DNA of 64,000 bases, from positions 589 to 64,588 of the IMG/VR virus record IMGVR_UViG_3300047160_021165; one strand, 5' to 3'. The position numbers and the translations under genes are program-made. Source of the stretch: a virus. Below the pieces are notes generated by a model. It made no database searches, was not told the DNA's origin, and worked only from the letters and a program-made list of their open reading frames with translations. Below are positions 45,657 through 55,617 of the stretch, piece by piece (the stretch's first letter is position 1; every line of letters starts with the position of its first letter).

Positions 45657-45664
45657 TTATCGGA
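45657..45664 (-). promoter_or_regulatory. sigma28-like -10 element TCCGATAA (no clear -35)
   Basis: 27 nt upstream of the 45629 ATG, just downstream of a terminator. Confidence 0.35.
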
Positions 45665-45673
45665 ATTCCAGAT

Positions 45674-45704
45674 AAAAAAATAAAGGCTTCCGAAAAAGCC
45701 TTTA
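45674..45704 (-). terminator. Rho-independent terminator
   Basis: TAAAGGCTT-TTTCGG-AAGCCTTTA followed by a T7 run on the minus strand, after the tail fibre gene. Confidence 0.75.
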
Positions 45705-45729
45705 TCTTCAAAATCTTATGAATAAATTA

Positions 45730-47640
45730 TTAGGTGTTTGTTCTATAGGTCATAGTACATTGAACCTGACCACTAGCATTCAACTGAGCTTGTGTCAAAC
45801 TTGAAGGGCTACCGCCAGGAGTTATTACCGTAAATCCGGCGTTGGAAGCGTTACCGCCACCACCCACAGTTACCACGTTACCGGAACTTACGTTAAATGC
45901 GGAGTTGAAGTTGAATGATCCAGAAAACCTATAGTTAGTATCATTCAGGGAGTTTACAGGAATAGTAATACCGATGTTACCAGTACCAGTGAAAGAGGAG
46001 TAAGATACGAAAGCGGTTATATGTATTAAAGATCCTATTTTTACATAATACCCAGCTTGGGTAGTGTATGTGCCTGTAACACCTGTCAATGCTGGGGTAT
46101 AAGTACCCTCTTTATAGTCATCTAAGGTGTTTACGTTAGATGAAGCATTTTGAGAGGATGGGAAGTTCAATTGTCCAGTTATCAGACTCACTACTCCAGC
46201 AGAGTCTACTCTTAAGCGTTCAGCTGGGGTACCTGCAGAACCGGATCCAGCTGTGTAAATACTAAGTCTTCCTTGGAGGTTACCAGATGTAGGAGCAGCA
46301 TCCGCAAAACCCCTGATCCAAGCAGCAGATTGCATGAAAGTACCGTCAGCTCCTTGGAAGTTTAAGGTTCCAAGTTCATCTCCAGATTGAACCGCAGTGA
46401 CAGATCCCGCTGTAGTACCTCTACTTTTACCTAGCAAAATATTCAAACTAAAGTTATCAGCGGAGTTATGGGCTAAACCTATATGGAAGCTTCCCCAAGC
46501 ACTACCTGAACCCAAAGATTCCAATTGAAGCGCAGGGTTAATGGTAGATAAGCCAGACCAGCTAGTTCTAGTGGCCGTTGTGCCCCCTATTAAGAAGTTA
46601 CCTAAGTTGGTTAATCTCATTCTTTCAGAAGCAGAAGTCGATCCGCTGGGGGTAGTAGAGAAGGTTAGGGCGGTTGGCATACTGGAACTGCTGGGAGATA
46701 TTCCATCAATCTGAGCAAGTATGGAGGCACCTGTAGCGAAGACAGAACCGGTGTTACCTGCAAAACGAATGGCACCCAAAATATCAGTACTGCTCACCAG
46801 AGTATTGGTGCCTATGGTATTGGATGATGATTTACCGAAAACTATCAGAGGAAATGCAGCAGTAGCAGATGTACTGTAAGATAAAAAGTTGGTTGTAGGG
46901 GACGTTCCGTTATTGTTTATATTCAATTGAGCCGTAGAACCGGTTAGGCTAGGAGTATTGACCCAAGCCATAGCACTTGAACTAGAGGAGTTCAACATAT
47001 AACCAGTAGCTGTTGGGTTCGGTAATCTGGTAGGAGCCCCAGAAACACCACCATAAATCATGTCCCCAGCAGTAGTCATAGGGTTGGTCAAAACGTTATC
47101 TGAGGGGTTGGAGTACTGAAATATCGAAGCTCCGGTAAGGTTTTGTATAGTACCACCAACGTTATTTAGCAGTACATACCCCACGTTAAGGGCTCCAGAA
47201 GACATCGGAGGTATGGTGGCGTTGGCTGCAGTATTTCCTTGAACACCAGTAGTAAGTACGATTTGGGCGCTTGTGTTGATGGCTATACCAACTTTAAGGA
47301 AGTCCCCAGAAGTAATGGTAATAGTGATGTTGGACCCGCTGGAAACAGTAGTAGAACCCCCACTAGAGCTTGGGAAAATTACCGATCCAGAAGTGAAACC
47401 GATATCACTTCCTTGGATTGGAATTGGAACTGAACTGATAGAAGTTGAAGGGTTAGAAACCGTCCTAGAACCTAAGTCTACTTTCAATAAGTTTATTGAA
47501 TCCACAGACATAGCTACTGGAGGGGTGATTGCAGAATCTAGAGCAGTAAGGATAGTATCCAATTGGGATCCTGCTGCTCCAGTTGTTCTGGTCAGAGTAT
47601 TTCTATCTACTGCCTGACGTACATCTAGTTTAGTTGCCAT
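45730..47640 (-). CDS. Tail fibre / receptor-binding protein
   Basis: NPMTTAGDMIYGG motif, two ERMRL/ERLRV-ending repeat modules and C-terminal LDDYKEGTYTP module. Confidence 0.75.
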   Translation of the reverse strand: MATKLDVRQAVDRNTLTRTTGAAGSQLDTILTALDSAITPPVAMSVDSINLLKVDLGSRTVSNPSTSISSVPIPIQGSDIGFTSGSVIFPSSSGGSTTVSSGSNITITITSGDFLKVGIAINTSAQIVLTTGVQGNTAANATIPPMSSGALNVGYVLLNNVGGTIQNLTGASIFQYSNPSDNVLTNPMTTAGDMIYGGVSGAPTRLPNPTATGYMLNSSSSSAMAWVNTPSLTGSTAQLNINNNGTSPTTNFLSYSTSATAAFPLIVFGKSSSNTIGTNTLVSSTDILGAIRFAGNTGSVFATGASILAQIDGISPSSSSMPTALTFSTTPSGSTSASERMRLTNLGNFLIGGTTATRTSWSGLSTINPALQLESLGSGSAWGSFHIGLAHNSADNFSLNILLGKSRGTTAGSVTAVQSGDELGTLNFQGADGTFMQSAAWIRGFADAAPTSGNLQGRLSIYTAGSGSAGTPAERLRVDSAGVVSLITGQLNFPSSQNASSNVNTLDDYKEGTYTPALTGVTGTYTTQAGYYVKIGSLIHITAFVSYSSFTGTGNIGITIPVNSLNDTNYRFSGSFNFNSAFNVSSGNVVTVGGGGNASNAGFTVITPGGSPSSLTQAQLNASGQVQCTMTYRTNT

Positions 47641-47652
47641 GAATTATAGTCC

Positions 47653-47943
47653 TTATTGAAGTATTCTAAATCTTAATTGATCGGTTGTTACCAAGTCTAT
47701 AGTGAAAGTCACTTGAGTTCTGGGAGCTGAGCCCACGTAGCTATAATCTACGCTAGGTTCCTGAAAAATCCCATTCAAGTATACTTGCAATTCGACATTG
47801 GTATAAGTCTGACTCGCTGGGAGAGTTATAGCGGTACCGGCAGTAATAGTACCGCCGATAGTGTATAGCTGATCGTAGCTAGCCGTTCCCAAAGTGACAG
47901 CTCTAGGGATCCCAACACTAAGTTGTAGGTAACGGCCAGCCAT
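47653..47943 (-). CDS. Small tail/baseplate-associated protein
   Basis: VYLNG..DY..G..VTF..D.L.FR module shared with 51691-54273. Confidence 0.55.
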   Translation of the reverse strand: MAGRYLQLSVGIPRAVTLGTASYDQLYTIGGTITAGTAITLPASQTYTNVELQVYLNGIFQEPSVDYSYVGSAPRTQVTFTIDLVTTDQLRFRILQ

Positions 47944-47945
47944 GA

Positions 47946-50453
47946 TTAGTTAACTCCCATTATTTTGGCAGGAACTACGTCAATAATTGCAGTAGTTTCT
48001 GCGTATCCAACGATAACACTAGCAGTAGAGGCAGCAGATGGAGGAGTAAGAGTGAAAGCACCACTAGAACCTAAGTAGATTGGTCCACCAGCATTAGCGA
48101 ATGCAGAGTCGTTAGAAGCTAAAGCTAATTGACCCATTCTATACATAGTTGCAGTATTTCCAGCACTTAGAGAACTTGCGCCAGTTTGAATCAATCCGAT
48201 CACGTGGAAGTTGTCAGTAGTTGCGGCATTATTATCAGCAGCATAGACTCTACCGGCTGTTTCACTGTTGGCTGTTTGACCCCATCTTACGGCGTATGTT
48301 GTGTTAGCAGAGAAGCTAGCACCAACGATAACACTAGTAACAATAGCAGGTACTTGGACCGCTGTCAAGGCTGAACCGTTACCGCCAGTGATGGTTACTC
48401 CGTCAACAGCACTTGTAGCGATTTTAGCAGCAGTTACGGCTTGGGAAGCTAATTGGGAAGTTCCTACTCCGCCTGTTTTGATTTCTATAGTAGCTCCGGA
48501 ACCGCTTTGGTCCAAAGTTACACCATCAGTAACAGATCCTAATTTAGCTGGAGTTACAGCAGCTGAAGCCAACTGAGTAGTACCAATTCCGCCAGATTTA
48601 ACTTCTAGAGTCGATCCAGCTCCAGATTGGTCAAGAGTAACACCATCAGTGATTGTTCCAAGTTTAGCAGTAGTTACAGAAGCCGCTGCCAGTTGTGTTG
48701 TACCAACACCAGCAGATTTGATTTCGATTGTAGAACCCGCTCCAGATTGATCCAGAGTGATCCCATCAGTAACTGATCCAAGAATAGTGGCAGTTACGGC
48801 TCCGGTGGCCAATTTAGCAGTAGTTACAGAAGCGGCGGCTAATTGAGTGGTTCCAACTCCACCTGATTTAATCTCGAGCGTAGATCCAGCACCACTTTGA
48901 TCTAAAGTAATACCGTCTGTAACGGTAGCTAATTTAGCAGCAGTTACGGAGGCAGAAGCCAATTGTGTAGTTCCGATTCCCGCAGCTTTGACTTCTAACT
49001 GACTAGAACCATTGAGATCGATAGTAGAACCATCAACGCTAGCACTAACTGTGTTTCCGCTTTGGGAAAGACCGTTAGTAAATACTAAGGCAGTTCCTTG
49101 AGTTACGTTTGTGAAAGCTACGTTATCTGTTCCAAGTGTTACTACATCATCAGATTCTCTAAAGATATAACCAGCTTGAGTAGAAGCGTCGGCTCCAACT
49201 TGAACTGTAGCCCAAGTCAGTTCTGCAGCAGTAGAAACGTCAATCGCACGAGTAAGTACGAACGGGTTAGAACCGTCTCCAGTTGCTGTTACAACGTAAA
49301 CACCGTTAAATGGTTGATTTGCTCCAGTTTCATTTTTAACAAGTAAGCGATCATTAACACTGAGAGTCACACCGTCTTGAGCAGTTAAGGCACCATTGGA
49401 AGTAGCTGTAATTACACCACTTACATAGTTATAAGCTGGTAGAGTCGTTGTAGTAGCGGATCTAACTACGTTTTTCCAACTCAAACCTTGAGCCAAGTTA
49501 TCTACGTAATGTTTAGTTGCCGCATCTTGAGCAGATGTAGGATCCGCTAAGTTGTTGATTTGGTTGGAACCCATATTGATGGCACCAGACATAGTGCCGC
49601 CAGTTAGGCTCAGTTTTCCGCTGAATTGAGTTTGAATTGAAGATGTTACACCGCTAACATAACCAAGTTCTGTAGGAGTTACTGCACTAGAAGTAAGAAC
49701 TTTACCAGAGCTCAGGTAAGGTACTGTGGATGCAGTTAATTGGTTGAATTCAACACCAGAAGCTGACCAAGATAATTGGATAGCTGCAGCTGAATCTTTT
49801 AAAGCTCGGTTTTGATAATCAACAGATACGTTTCCACCGGCATCTTCTAATAAACGGTTTGCCCAGTCGATAGATATGCCGTTAGAGGCATCCTGTAAAC
49901 GGGAATTACTAAAGTCAACTACAGTAGCTCCAGTGCCGATAGTCAACAGTCCAGTATCTAAACGGAAATCTAATTGACTTGGGTAAAGAAGTTCTTTAAC
50001 CCACATAGCAGACCAAACATCACTAACAGAACCCATAGTACGGGTTAAGTTACCGCTAGGAATCAAGTCCTGGTTGATGGAGGTTGGGCTGGTTAAGTTG
50101 CTTAAGCTTTTATTAGCAGAAGTAGAAGCAGATAAGGCAGTATCAATTCCGGATAATGCACCCTTAACAGTGGCGGATGTAGGCGTGAAATTGGTATAAG
50201 TATTACCGTCACCAATGTTAGCCGATCCCGCAGTACTGATCAGGGTAGAAGTTCTTGTATATACCGTATCATGCGTGTGATAAGAAGTATCTACGTCAGT
50301 GCCATTTTGGAGTGCAATAAAACGCCCCAAAACAGTTTCTGTCAAGTTAGTAGATCCAATAGTCAGGGATCCTACCACGAAGGTGTTGGTGGATGTATCT
50401 ACGCCACGCATCGCACCGTCTAATAAAGCTTGTATTCTGGTAATGATTGTCAT
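47946..50453 (-). CDS. Fibre-like virion protein with tandem ~40-aa repeats
   Basis: DAATKHYVD, DRLLVKNE..NGVY module, repeats and a C-terminal beta module. Confidence 0.75.
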   Translation of the reverse strand: MTIITRIQALLDGAMRGVDTSTNTFVVGSLTIGSTNLTETVLGRFIALQNGTDVDTSYHTHDTVYTRTSTLISTAGSANIGDGNTYTNFTPTSATVKGALSGIDTALSASTSANKSLSNLTSPTSINQDLIPSGNLTRTMGSVSDVWSAMWVKELLYPSQLDFRLDTGLLTIGTGATVVDFSNSRLQDASNGISIDWANRLLEDAGGNVSVDYQNRALKDSAAAIQLSWSASGVEFNQLTASTVPYLSSGKVLTSSAVTPTELGYVSGVTSSIQTQFSGKLSLTGGTMSGAINMGSNQINNLADPTSAQDAATKHYVDNLAQGLSWKNVVRSATTTTLPAYNYVSGVITATSNGALTAQDGVTLSVNDRLLVKNETGANQPFNGVYVVTATGDGSNPFVLTRAIDVSTAAELTWATVQVGADASTQAGYIFRESDDVVTLGTDNVAFTNVTQGTALVFTNGLSQSGNTVSASVDGSTIDLNGSSQLEVKAAGIGTTQLASASVTAAKLATVTDGITLDQSGAGSTLEIKSGGVGTTQLAAASVTTAKLATGAVTATILGSVTDGITLDQSGAGSTIEIKSAGVGTTQLAAASVTTAKLGTITDGVTLDQSGAGSTLEVKSGGIGTTQLASAAVTPAKLGSVTDGVTLDQSGSGATIEIKTGGVGTSQLASQAVTAAKIATSAVDGVTITGGNGSALTAVQVPAIVTSVIVGASFSANTTYAVRWGQTANSETAGRVYAADNNAATTDNFHVIGLIQTGASSLSAGNTATMYRMGQLALASNDSAFANAGGPIYLGSSGAFTLTPPSAASTASVIVGYAETTAIIDVVPAKIMGVN
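48390..49040 (-). repeat. About five in-frame ~120-bp coding repeats (VTDGxTLDQSGxGxTxExKxxGxGTxQLAxxxVTxAKL)
   Basis: Seen in both protein and DNA, with synonymous divergence. Confidence 0.9.
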
Positions 50454-50467
50454 GCTTTATGACTTTC

Positions 50468-50677
50468 TTAAGTTAAAGGTTCGCCTGTTTTAGCATCTAT
50501 TAGCTGAATCAAAACACGTGTTTTGATTCCGTAGGCTTCAGTTATTTTGTTTGCTTTTTCGGAGGTGGCATCTCCTAGAGCACCAAGTTTCTTACCTAAT
50601 TCCGTTCCAATCTCAGTCGCTTCTTCTAAAGACAGTGAATCTACATCTATTTCTTTTTTTGCTTTACTCTTTGTCAT
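50468..50677 (-). CDS. Small hypothetical protein
   Basis: 69 aa, in the fibre operon. Confidence 0.5.
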   Translation of the reverse strand: MTKSKAKKEIDVDSLSLEEATEIGTELGKKLGALGDATSEKANKITEAYGIKTRVLIQLIDAKTGEPLT

Positions 50678-50686
50678 TTTGCCCTC

Positions 50687-51673
50687 TTAAAGTTGTCCAA
50701 CCACTTCAATTTCCACGAAAAAATCCTGGTTTGACGGATTGGAAGCGTTCACTGTAATTTTACCAACTTTGACGGCAAAATCCCCGGCTACATAGTGAGA
50801 ATGGCTAATATCTGGGGTGGTAGTAGTTAATTGTCCAAGATTATTGAGAAAAATCACATCTCCTGGATTAAATCCAGAAGTTACGTTTGGTATCAATCCA
50901 GACAAAATTACTGAGCCGGAGGCAGAATTGGAAATCGAAGCAGGTGTAACTCCTAAAATTCCTTGAACTTTAGTTTCATTGGATATATCCGTGACAGCTA
51001 AATTACCGCTTGAGTCTTGGGAAACTAAAGTAAGGGCTGCAATACTACTACCAGTTCCGTTTGTAAAAGTACCAGTTATGGCAGATCCAGTACCGCCTCC
51101 GGAAGAGTTCTCATTGGTCCAGTAACTATGTACTGAGTCCCAGGTCAATACCTGCCCGTTTGAGGGGGCAATATAGTGAACATCGGAATGGGTATTTACG
51201 GTTCCACTAGCTGAAACTTTGGCAGTGTTGGCTACTACTGCGGAGTTTGCGGCAACTCTGGCATCTGTATAGTATAAATTGGAAACACCTTCGGGTAGTT
51301 GGTCTGTACTAGTTAATCCTCCAGCGCTTACGTTGAAGGTTATAAAAGTTCCATTATCGGTGATTGTAATCCCCGTACCGGCTACTAAGGACTTGAAATT
51401 TAAAGTAATTCCCGTTTTATTGGCGAATACCCCAACGCCAGCTCCTAGGTTAGCTCCAGTATTTTTTTCCCCAGTACCGCCCTGACCAACAATATTCAGA
51501 ATTGCTTGATTGACCCTAAGAGCGGTCATCATTTGCATATTGTCTACGCCGGCTAAAGCAACAGCCTGGCTGGCAATAGTTGGATTTGGCTCAGCATTAG
51601 GCATAACCGTCTGTAAAACTGCTTTATCTGCAGCTGTGAACGGTACGAGTAACTGATTGGAATTTATGGACAT
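50687..51673 (-). CDS. Fibre/decoration-like structural protein
   Basis: LNFKSLVAG, STDQLPEGVSNLYYT, NGQVLTWD and a C-terminal module like that of 47946-50453. Confidence 0.65.
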   Translation of the reverse strand: MSINSNQLLVPFTAADKAVLQTVMPNAEPNPTIASQAVALAGVDNMQMMTALRVNQAILNIVGQGGTGEKNTGANLGAGVGVFANKTGITLNFKSLVAGTGITITDNGTFITFNVSAGGLTSTDQLPEGVSNLYYTDARVAANSAVVANTAKVSASGTVNTHSDVHYIAPSNGQVLTWDSVHSYWTNENSSGGGTGSAITGTFTNGTGSSIAALTLVSQDSSGNLAVTDISNETKVQGILGVTPASISNSASGSVILSGLIPNVTSGFNPGDVIFLNNLGQLTTTTPDISHSHYVAGDFAVKVGKITVNASNPSNQDFFVEIEVVGQL

Positions 51674-51690
51674 TTTTAAGCCTTAAACTC

Positions 51691-54273
51691 TTATACGTAA
51701 ATAAATTCGAACAAGTCCGTAGAAACTGCCGCAACCTGGAGAGTTATAGTATTGGTGCTTGCTTGTTGATACTGGCTAGTTATGTCCCCGATAACCGTCG
51801 AATTTACCATCAATACACCGTTCCTGAATACTAGGAGGTGGTTATCCCCCAGAGTATAGGTATATGTAGGAATTGTAACAGTTGTTCCGGTGATGCCAGT
51901 AGTAGCTATACGCCAAGCCGGCACAGTTCCTGCGATATATATTTCGAAGACGTCACTAGTCTGAGCCGCAAGTGCCAATGTCACAGAAGTGGTAGTACTT
52001 TCAGTATATTTCAAATCTGCTGGAGCTGAACCATTTGTGCTTAAGAGAACGCCGTTTCTGTAGATTTGTAAAGTACCGTTACCAATAGTATAAGTTGGGA
52101 TAGTTAAAGTTGTACCAATTTGGCCAGTCATATATACTATGCTTGGGTTTGGGGTGGTCCAGTTCACGAATTGGAAAACTTCACTAGTATTAGCTGCTTG
52201 GGACAAAGTAATTGAATTAGCAGTAGCTTCTTGATATTGATCGATCGCACTACCAACGGAGAGACTATTTACAGAAGCCAAACCATTCCTGTAAACTGCC
52301 AAACGCCCTGTGGCCATGTTATATAGGTGGCCTACTGGAATATCAGTTCCGTTTTGGCCGGTTATGTAGTTTACAAACCAAGGCTGATTATTAGCGGCTG
52401 TACCAAAGATTTGTGGGTTAAACAATCTGAATTCCAGCAAATCCCCTACTACAAGTGTTTGTAATATTTGGATTTGACTGGATAAAGTTCCAGAAGTTCC
52501 TACCTCAGTATAGTCTGCACCTAATCGTAAAGCTTGACCGTTCAAAATTACGAGTAAACATCCTGAATTTACTAGATATTGTTTCTGAACACTAGCATTT
52601 CGACTATCCAAGGGGATCGTGATGTTAGTACTGCTGGTGATCGGTCCGTGAAGGTTATTACCGCTGGTAGACCCAGAAATAATCGTGTAAGCTTCATCGT
52701 AAGAAGTTAACAATCCAGAAACAATGTCATTAATGTTAGCAGCATTGATGGAAATTGCTTGCGTCAATGAATCGTTGTTGGTGAACTGGTTAGACAAAGA
52801 AACACTAGGAGTCGTCGTGTAGGGGGGATTGGTGGAAGTCTCGCTCGGACTACCAATAAAAGCCAATAATTGTCGAGATATAGGATTGCCGATTGGGGAA
52901 GTTTCACCACTAGAAAGATCTCCAATACCAGTTACGGTCAGGATGCTTCCTTCTCGGTATGCCAGGATATAATTACTATCGGTTGGGACAAAGGAAGCTC
53001 TTGGAACTACTTGGTAATTTGTTACCCCAGAACCAGACTCAGAAAAAGTACGATCAGAACCAGCCGCAGGCAATTGTACAAATAGTACGGAACCGTCGGC
53101 TATCCCTAGTGGAGCAGATCCGCCAGTACCGTCTTGACGGGTCATATAGATGTTGGAGCCTAAACCAGGAACCCTAACAGCTCCTATAACATCTGCCAAA
53201 GTTTGGCCTGTAGTCTTATTATCGGTAATATATAGGGATGTTCCATCCCACATATATTTAGCACCAGAAGATATTGGAGTGGTTATAGTATTTACTAAGT
53301 TTAAAAGGCTCAAAACGGAAACTACTGGTCCAGTTTGGTACCAATAAGGAGTTCCTTTTAGTCCTTTAATTTCAGTCATTAAGGCTGAGAACATGGATTG
53401 ATATGTTGTGATATCTTTGTCTGCACCACTAAAAGCTTCATAATATGTGAAGAGAGCGGCGCTAGCGTTAGATGTAGCGCCTAAAACAACATCCCCAGGA
53501 AGGAAATCCGGGTTGCTAAAGTTGTATACGGTGATATTGTTGGTTCCGCCAGTTTGAACTATGGCTGTGGCCCCGGAAGTGAAAGAGACTGTTTCTCCGG
53601 CCAGGAAAGTTCCAGAGGCTATACCAGTAAATGTAAGAGTTACAGCGGGTTCTATTCTCGTATTCCAAGCAAAGCTACCAGTAGAATCATCTGGGGAGCC
53701 CAAGCGGAACAAAAGATTTCTTTGATCTTGTATCCCCACGATAACATTGGAGTTATTCAGATCGATGATGGCTAGAGGAATTAAAGCTGTATTTCCACCA
53801 TCAAAACCGGATTGGCTAACAACTGCTTTGGTGAATAATTCGGTAACTGTGTTTACTGATTGGGAAAATTCAGACCCAGCCCCAGAATTGGCTGTAGGAT
53901 CCCAGAATGCCCTTTGTAAAGGGGTTCCGTTTTGGGCATAGATTTCTAGGGATACGTAGTTACGCCCCGGTTGTAGGCCGTTATTGCCAACAGGAATGGC
54001 TAGGGGGCTAGCACCTACTGGAGCTGCCCACCAGGAAAAGTCACTCGGACTATTGCCATTGATTAGAACTGAATTGGTTAGGATAATAGAAGCGCTGGTC
54101 TGACCTATGGTACTTTGGGGAATTACGAAACCGGCCAATATATAAGACGTAGGAGCTATAAAGCCTTTAGTATAGTATTGAGAATCGGACCTAAGTGCCG
54201 ATAATGCAAGGTTAAAATCTTCAAGATCATAACGTTCTTGTGGGAAAAGAAGCGGTCTGGTTAATATAGACAA
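51691..54273 (-). CDS. Baseplate/tail fibre-proximal structural protein (860 aa)
   Basis: Four xxNG..DY/QY..T.TL...D.FEF repeats at the C-terminus; follows the baseplate genes. Confidence 0.7.
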   Translation of the reverse strand: MSILTRPLLFPQERYDLEDFNLALSALRSDSQYYTKGFIAPTSYILAGFVIPQSTIGQTSASIILTNSVLINGNSPSDFSWWAAPVGASPLAIPVGNNGLQPGRNYVSLEIYAQNGTPLQRAFWDPTANSGAGSEFSQSVNTVTELFTKAVVSQSGFDGGNTALIPLAIIDLNNSNVIVGIQDQRNLLFRLGSPDDSTGSFAWNTRIEPAVTLTFTGIASGTFLAGETVSFTSGATAIVQTGGTNNITVYNFSNPDFLPGDVVLGATSNASAALFTYYEAFSGADKDITTYQSMFSALMTEIKGLKGTPYWYQTGPVVSVLSLLNLVNTITTPISSGAKYMWDGTSLYITDNKTTGQTLADVIGAVRVPGLGSNIYMTRQDGTGGSAPLGIADGSVLFVQLPAAGSDRTFSESGSGVTNYQVVPRASFVPTDSNYILAYREGSILTVTGIGDLSSGETSPIGNPISRQLLAFIGSPSETSTNPPYTTTPSVSLSNQFTNNDSLTQAISINAANINDIVSGLLTSYDEAYTIISGSTSGNNLHGPITSSTNITIPLDSRNASVQKQYLVNSGCLLVILNGQALRLGADYTEVGTSGTLSSQIQILQTLVVGDLLEFRLFNPQIFGTAANNQPWFVNYITGQNGTDIPVGHLYNMATGRLAVYRNGLASVNSLSVGSAIDQYQEATANSITLSQAANTSEVFQFVNWTTPNPSIVYMTGQIGTTLTIPTYTIGNGTLQIYRNGVLLSTNGSAPADLKYTESTTTSVTLALAAQTSDVFEIYIAGTVPAWRIATTGITGTTVTIPTYTYTLGDNHLLVFRNGVLMVNSTVIGDITSQYQQASTNTITLQVAAVSTDLFEFIYV

Positions 54274-54302
54274 GGCAGAATCTCCTGATATTAATCTGTT
54301 AA

Positions 54303-54311
54303 ATTATATCA
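54303..54311 (-). promoter_or_regulatory. Extended -10 promoter TGATATAAT
   Basis: 2 nt after the stop of 54314-55615, facing the fibre operon. Confidence 0.65.
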
Positions 54312-54313
54312 TT

Positions 54314-55615
54314 CTAGTCGTTATAGGGGTTGTCGACCTCTGGTATATATGTGTATTCTGGTAATAAAACTAAGAAATTAACTATAATACCGGCAGCAGC
54401 CAATGAGCTCAAAATTCCTTGAACTATAGCTCTAGAATCTGCAGGGGAAGTCAGATATATAGCCAAATCGCTTCCGTTAATTCTAGGGGCATATGGAGTG
54501 TTCTGGCCGGGTGCCAGTAAGTTTACCGAAGCCCCAGAAAGATGGTTGTGTTGGAATATATGCCCCGGGTCGATCAACAAGGTATTCATGTTGGGTACCG
54601 AGAAATACTTTACAGGGTATTCCTGGGAATCTGTGCCAAAATCAAATATAAGGCTCCCAGAAGTAGGGAAGGCTGAAGAATCAGATACAGTTATCTCGCT
54701 CATTACGGATCCTTCAGTAATAGGTGCCGTAAGGGAGGTTGAAGTTTTAGTGAGTACAAAGGGGTTAGAAGTTCTGGAATAAAAGAAAGATCCCTGCCAT
54801 ATTCCATCTGCAGGAGGTACCGGAGATGCCAAAGTGGCGTCGGTGTGGAAATGATGAGATCCAAGCAATGTACGCCTTAAGGTAGGTACAACTGCTGGTA
54901 ATTCTATGATTATTTCCCCAGCATTAACTTGGTATAAAACAGTTCTCTGAGCTAAATCGGCTACTATAAATTTATAGTTTAAAGTTAATCCTAATTTATC
55001 GAAACCGGCTAAAAAAGTTATAGATCCTCTAGGCCCAGGAGTATCTGTTCTGAGGTTGATGCTGATAGTATTGGTGGAAGTATTTAATATCGAACTAGCT
55101 GTAACCCCAGTAAATCGTTTAAGAATATTCAATATTTCTTGAGCAGTAGCCGCTCCCTGAAGCTGTATATCACCAGTCAGAACGTTAACGGTTTGAATAT
55201 CCCCGTTATCTACGATTAACTGGAATACATCTCCATTACTTACATTAAACGGTTCAGCTAAGCTACCAGTTTGATTAGCTCTTGAGAAAGTAGGACCCCA
55301 AAACACATCCATCGTATTGTAGAAGCTTTGAACCACTTGTCTTTGCTTGAAGGATAAGTTGGGGATAAGTTGTTGAAAATCTCCATCGAGTAGACCTAAA
55401 GCGGAAGGTCTGGATACTCCCACGTTGGATGCAACTCTATCCAGATAAGTCCCCCCAGCTGTTTTTACGAACAATTGAGCTTTAGTGTTATTTAGCTGGG
55501 TAATGATAGTATCATCTTCGCTAGCCCAAGCAGTGAGCAAAGCCAGTAACATGGGGTTAGTGCTGGCTTTTAACTCTGGGGGCATGAAATTTAAATATCT
55601 ATCTAATTTAGTCAT
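54314..55615 (-). CDS. Baseplate wedge protein (gpI-like position)
   Basis: YLDRVASNVGVSRP N-terminus and AAGI C-terminus; directly after baseplate J. Confidence 0.6.
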   Translation of the reverse strand: MTKLDRYLNFMPPELKASTNPMLLALLTAWASEDDTIITQLNNTKAQLFVKTAGGTYLDRVASNVGVSRPSALGLLDGDFQQLIPNLSFKQRQVVQSFYNTMDVFWGPTFSRANQTGSLAEPFNVSNGDVFQLIVDNGDIQTVNVLTGDIQLQGAATAQEILNILKRFTGVTASSILNTSTNTISINLRTDTPGPRGSITFLAGFDKLGLTLNYKFIVADLAQRTVLYQVNAGEIIIELPAVVPTLRRTLLGSHHFHTDATLASPVPPADGIWQGSFFYSRTSNPFVLTKTSTSLTAPITEGSVMSEITVSDSSAFPTSGSLIFDFGTDSQEYPVKYFSVPNMNTLLIDPGHIFQHNHLSGASVNLLAPGQNTPYAPRINGSDLAIYLTSPADSRAIVQGILSSLAAAGIIVNFLVLLPEYTYIPEVDNPYND

Positions 55616-55617
55616 GA

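Noticed and set aside
48390-49040. CRISPR array or DGR template/variable repeat
   Set aside because: The repeats are in-frame coding units with synonymous changes, without unique spacers or adenine-specific variation, and no reverse transcriptase is present.
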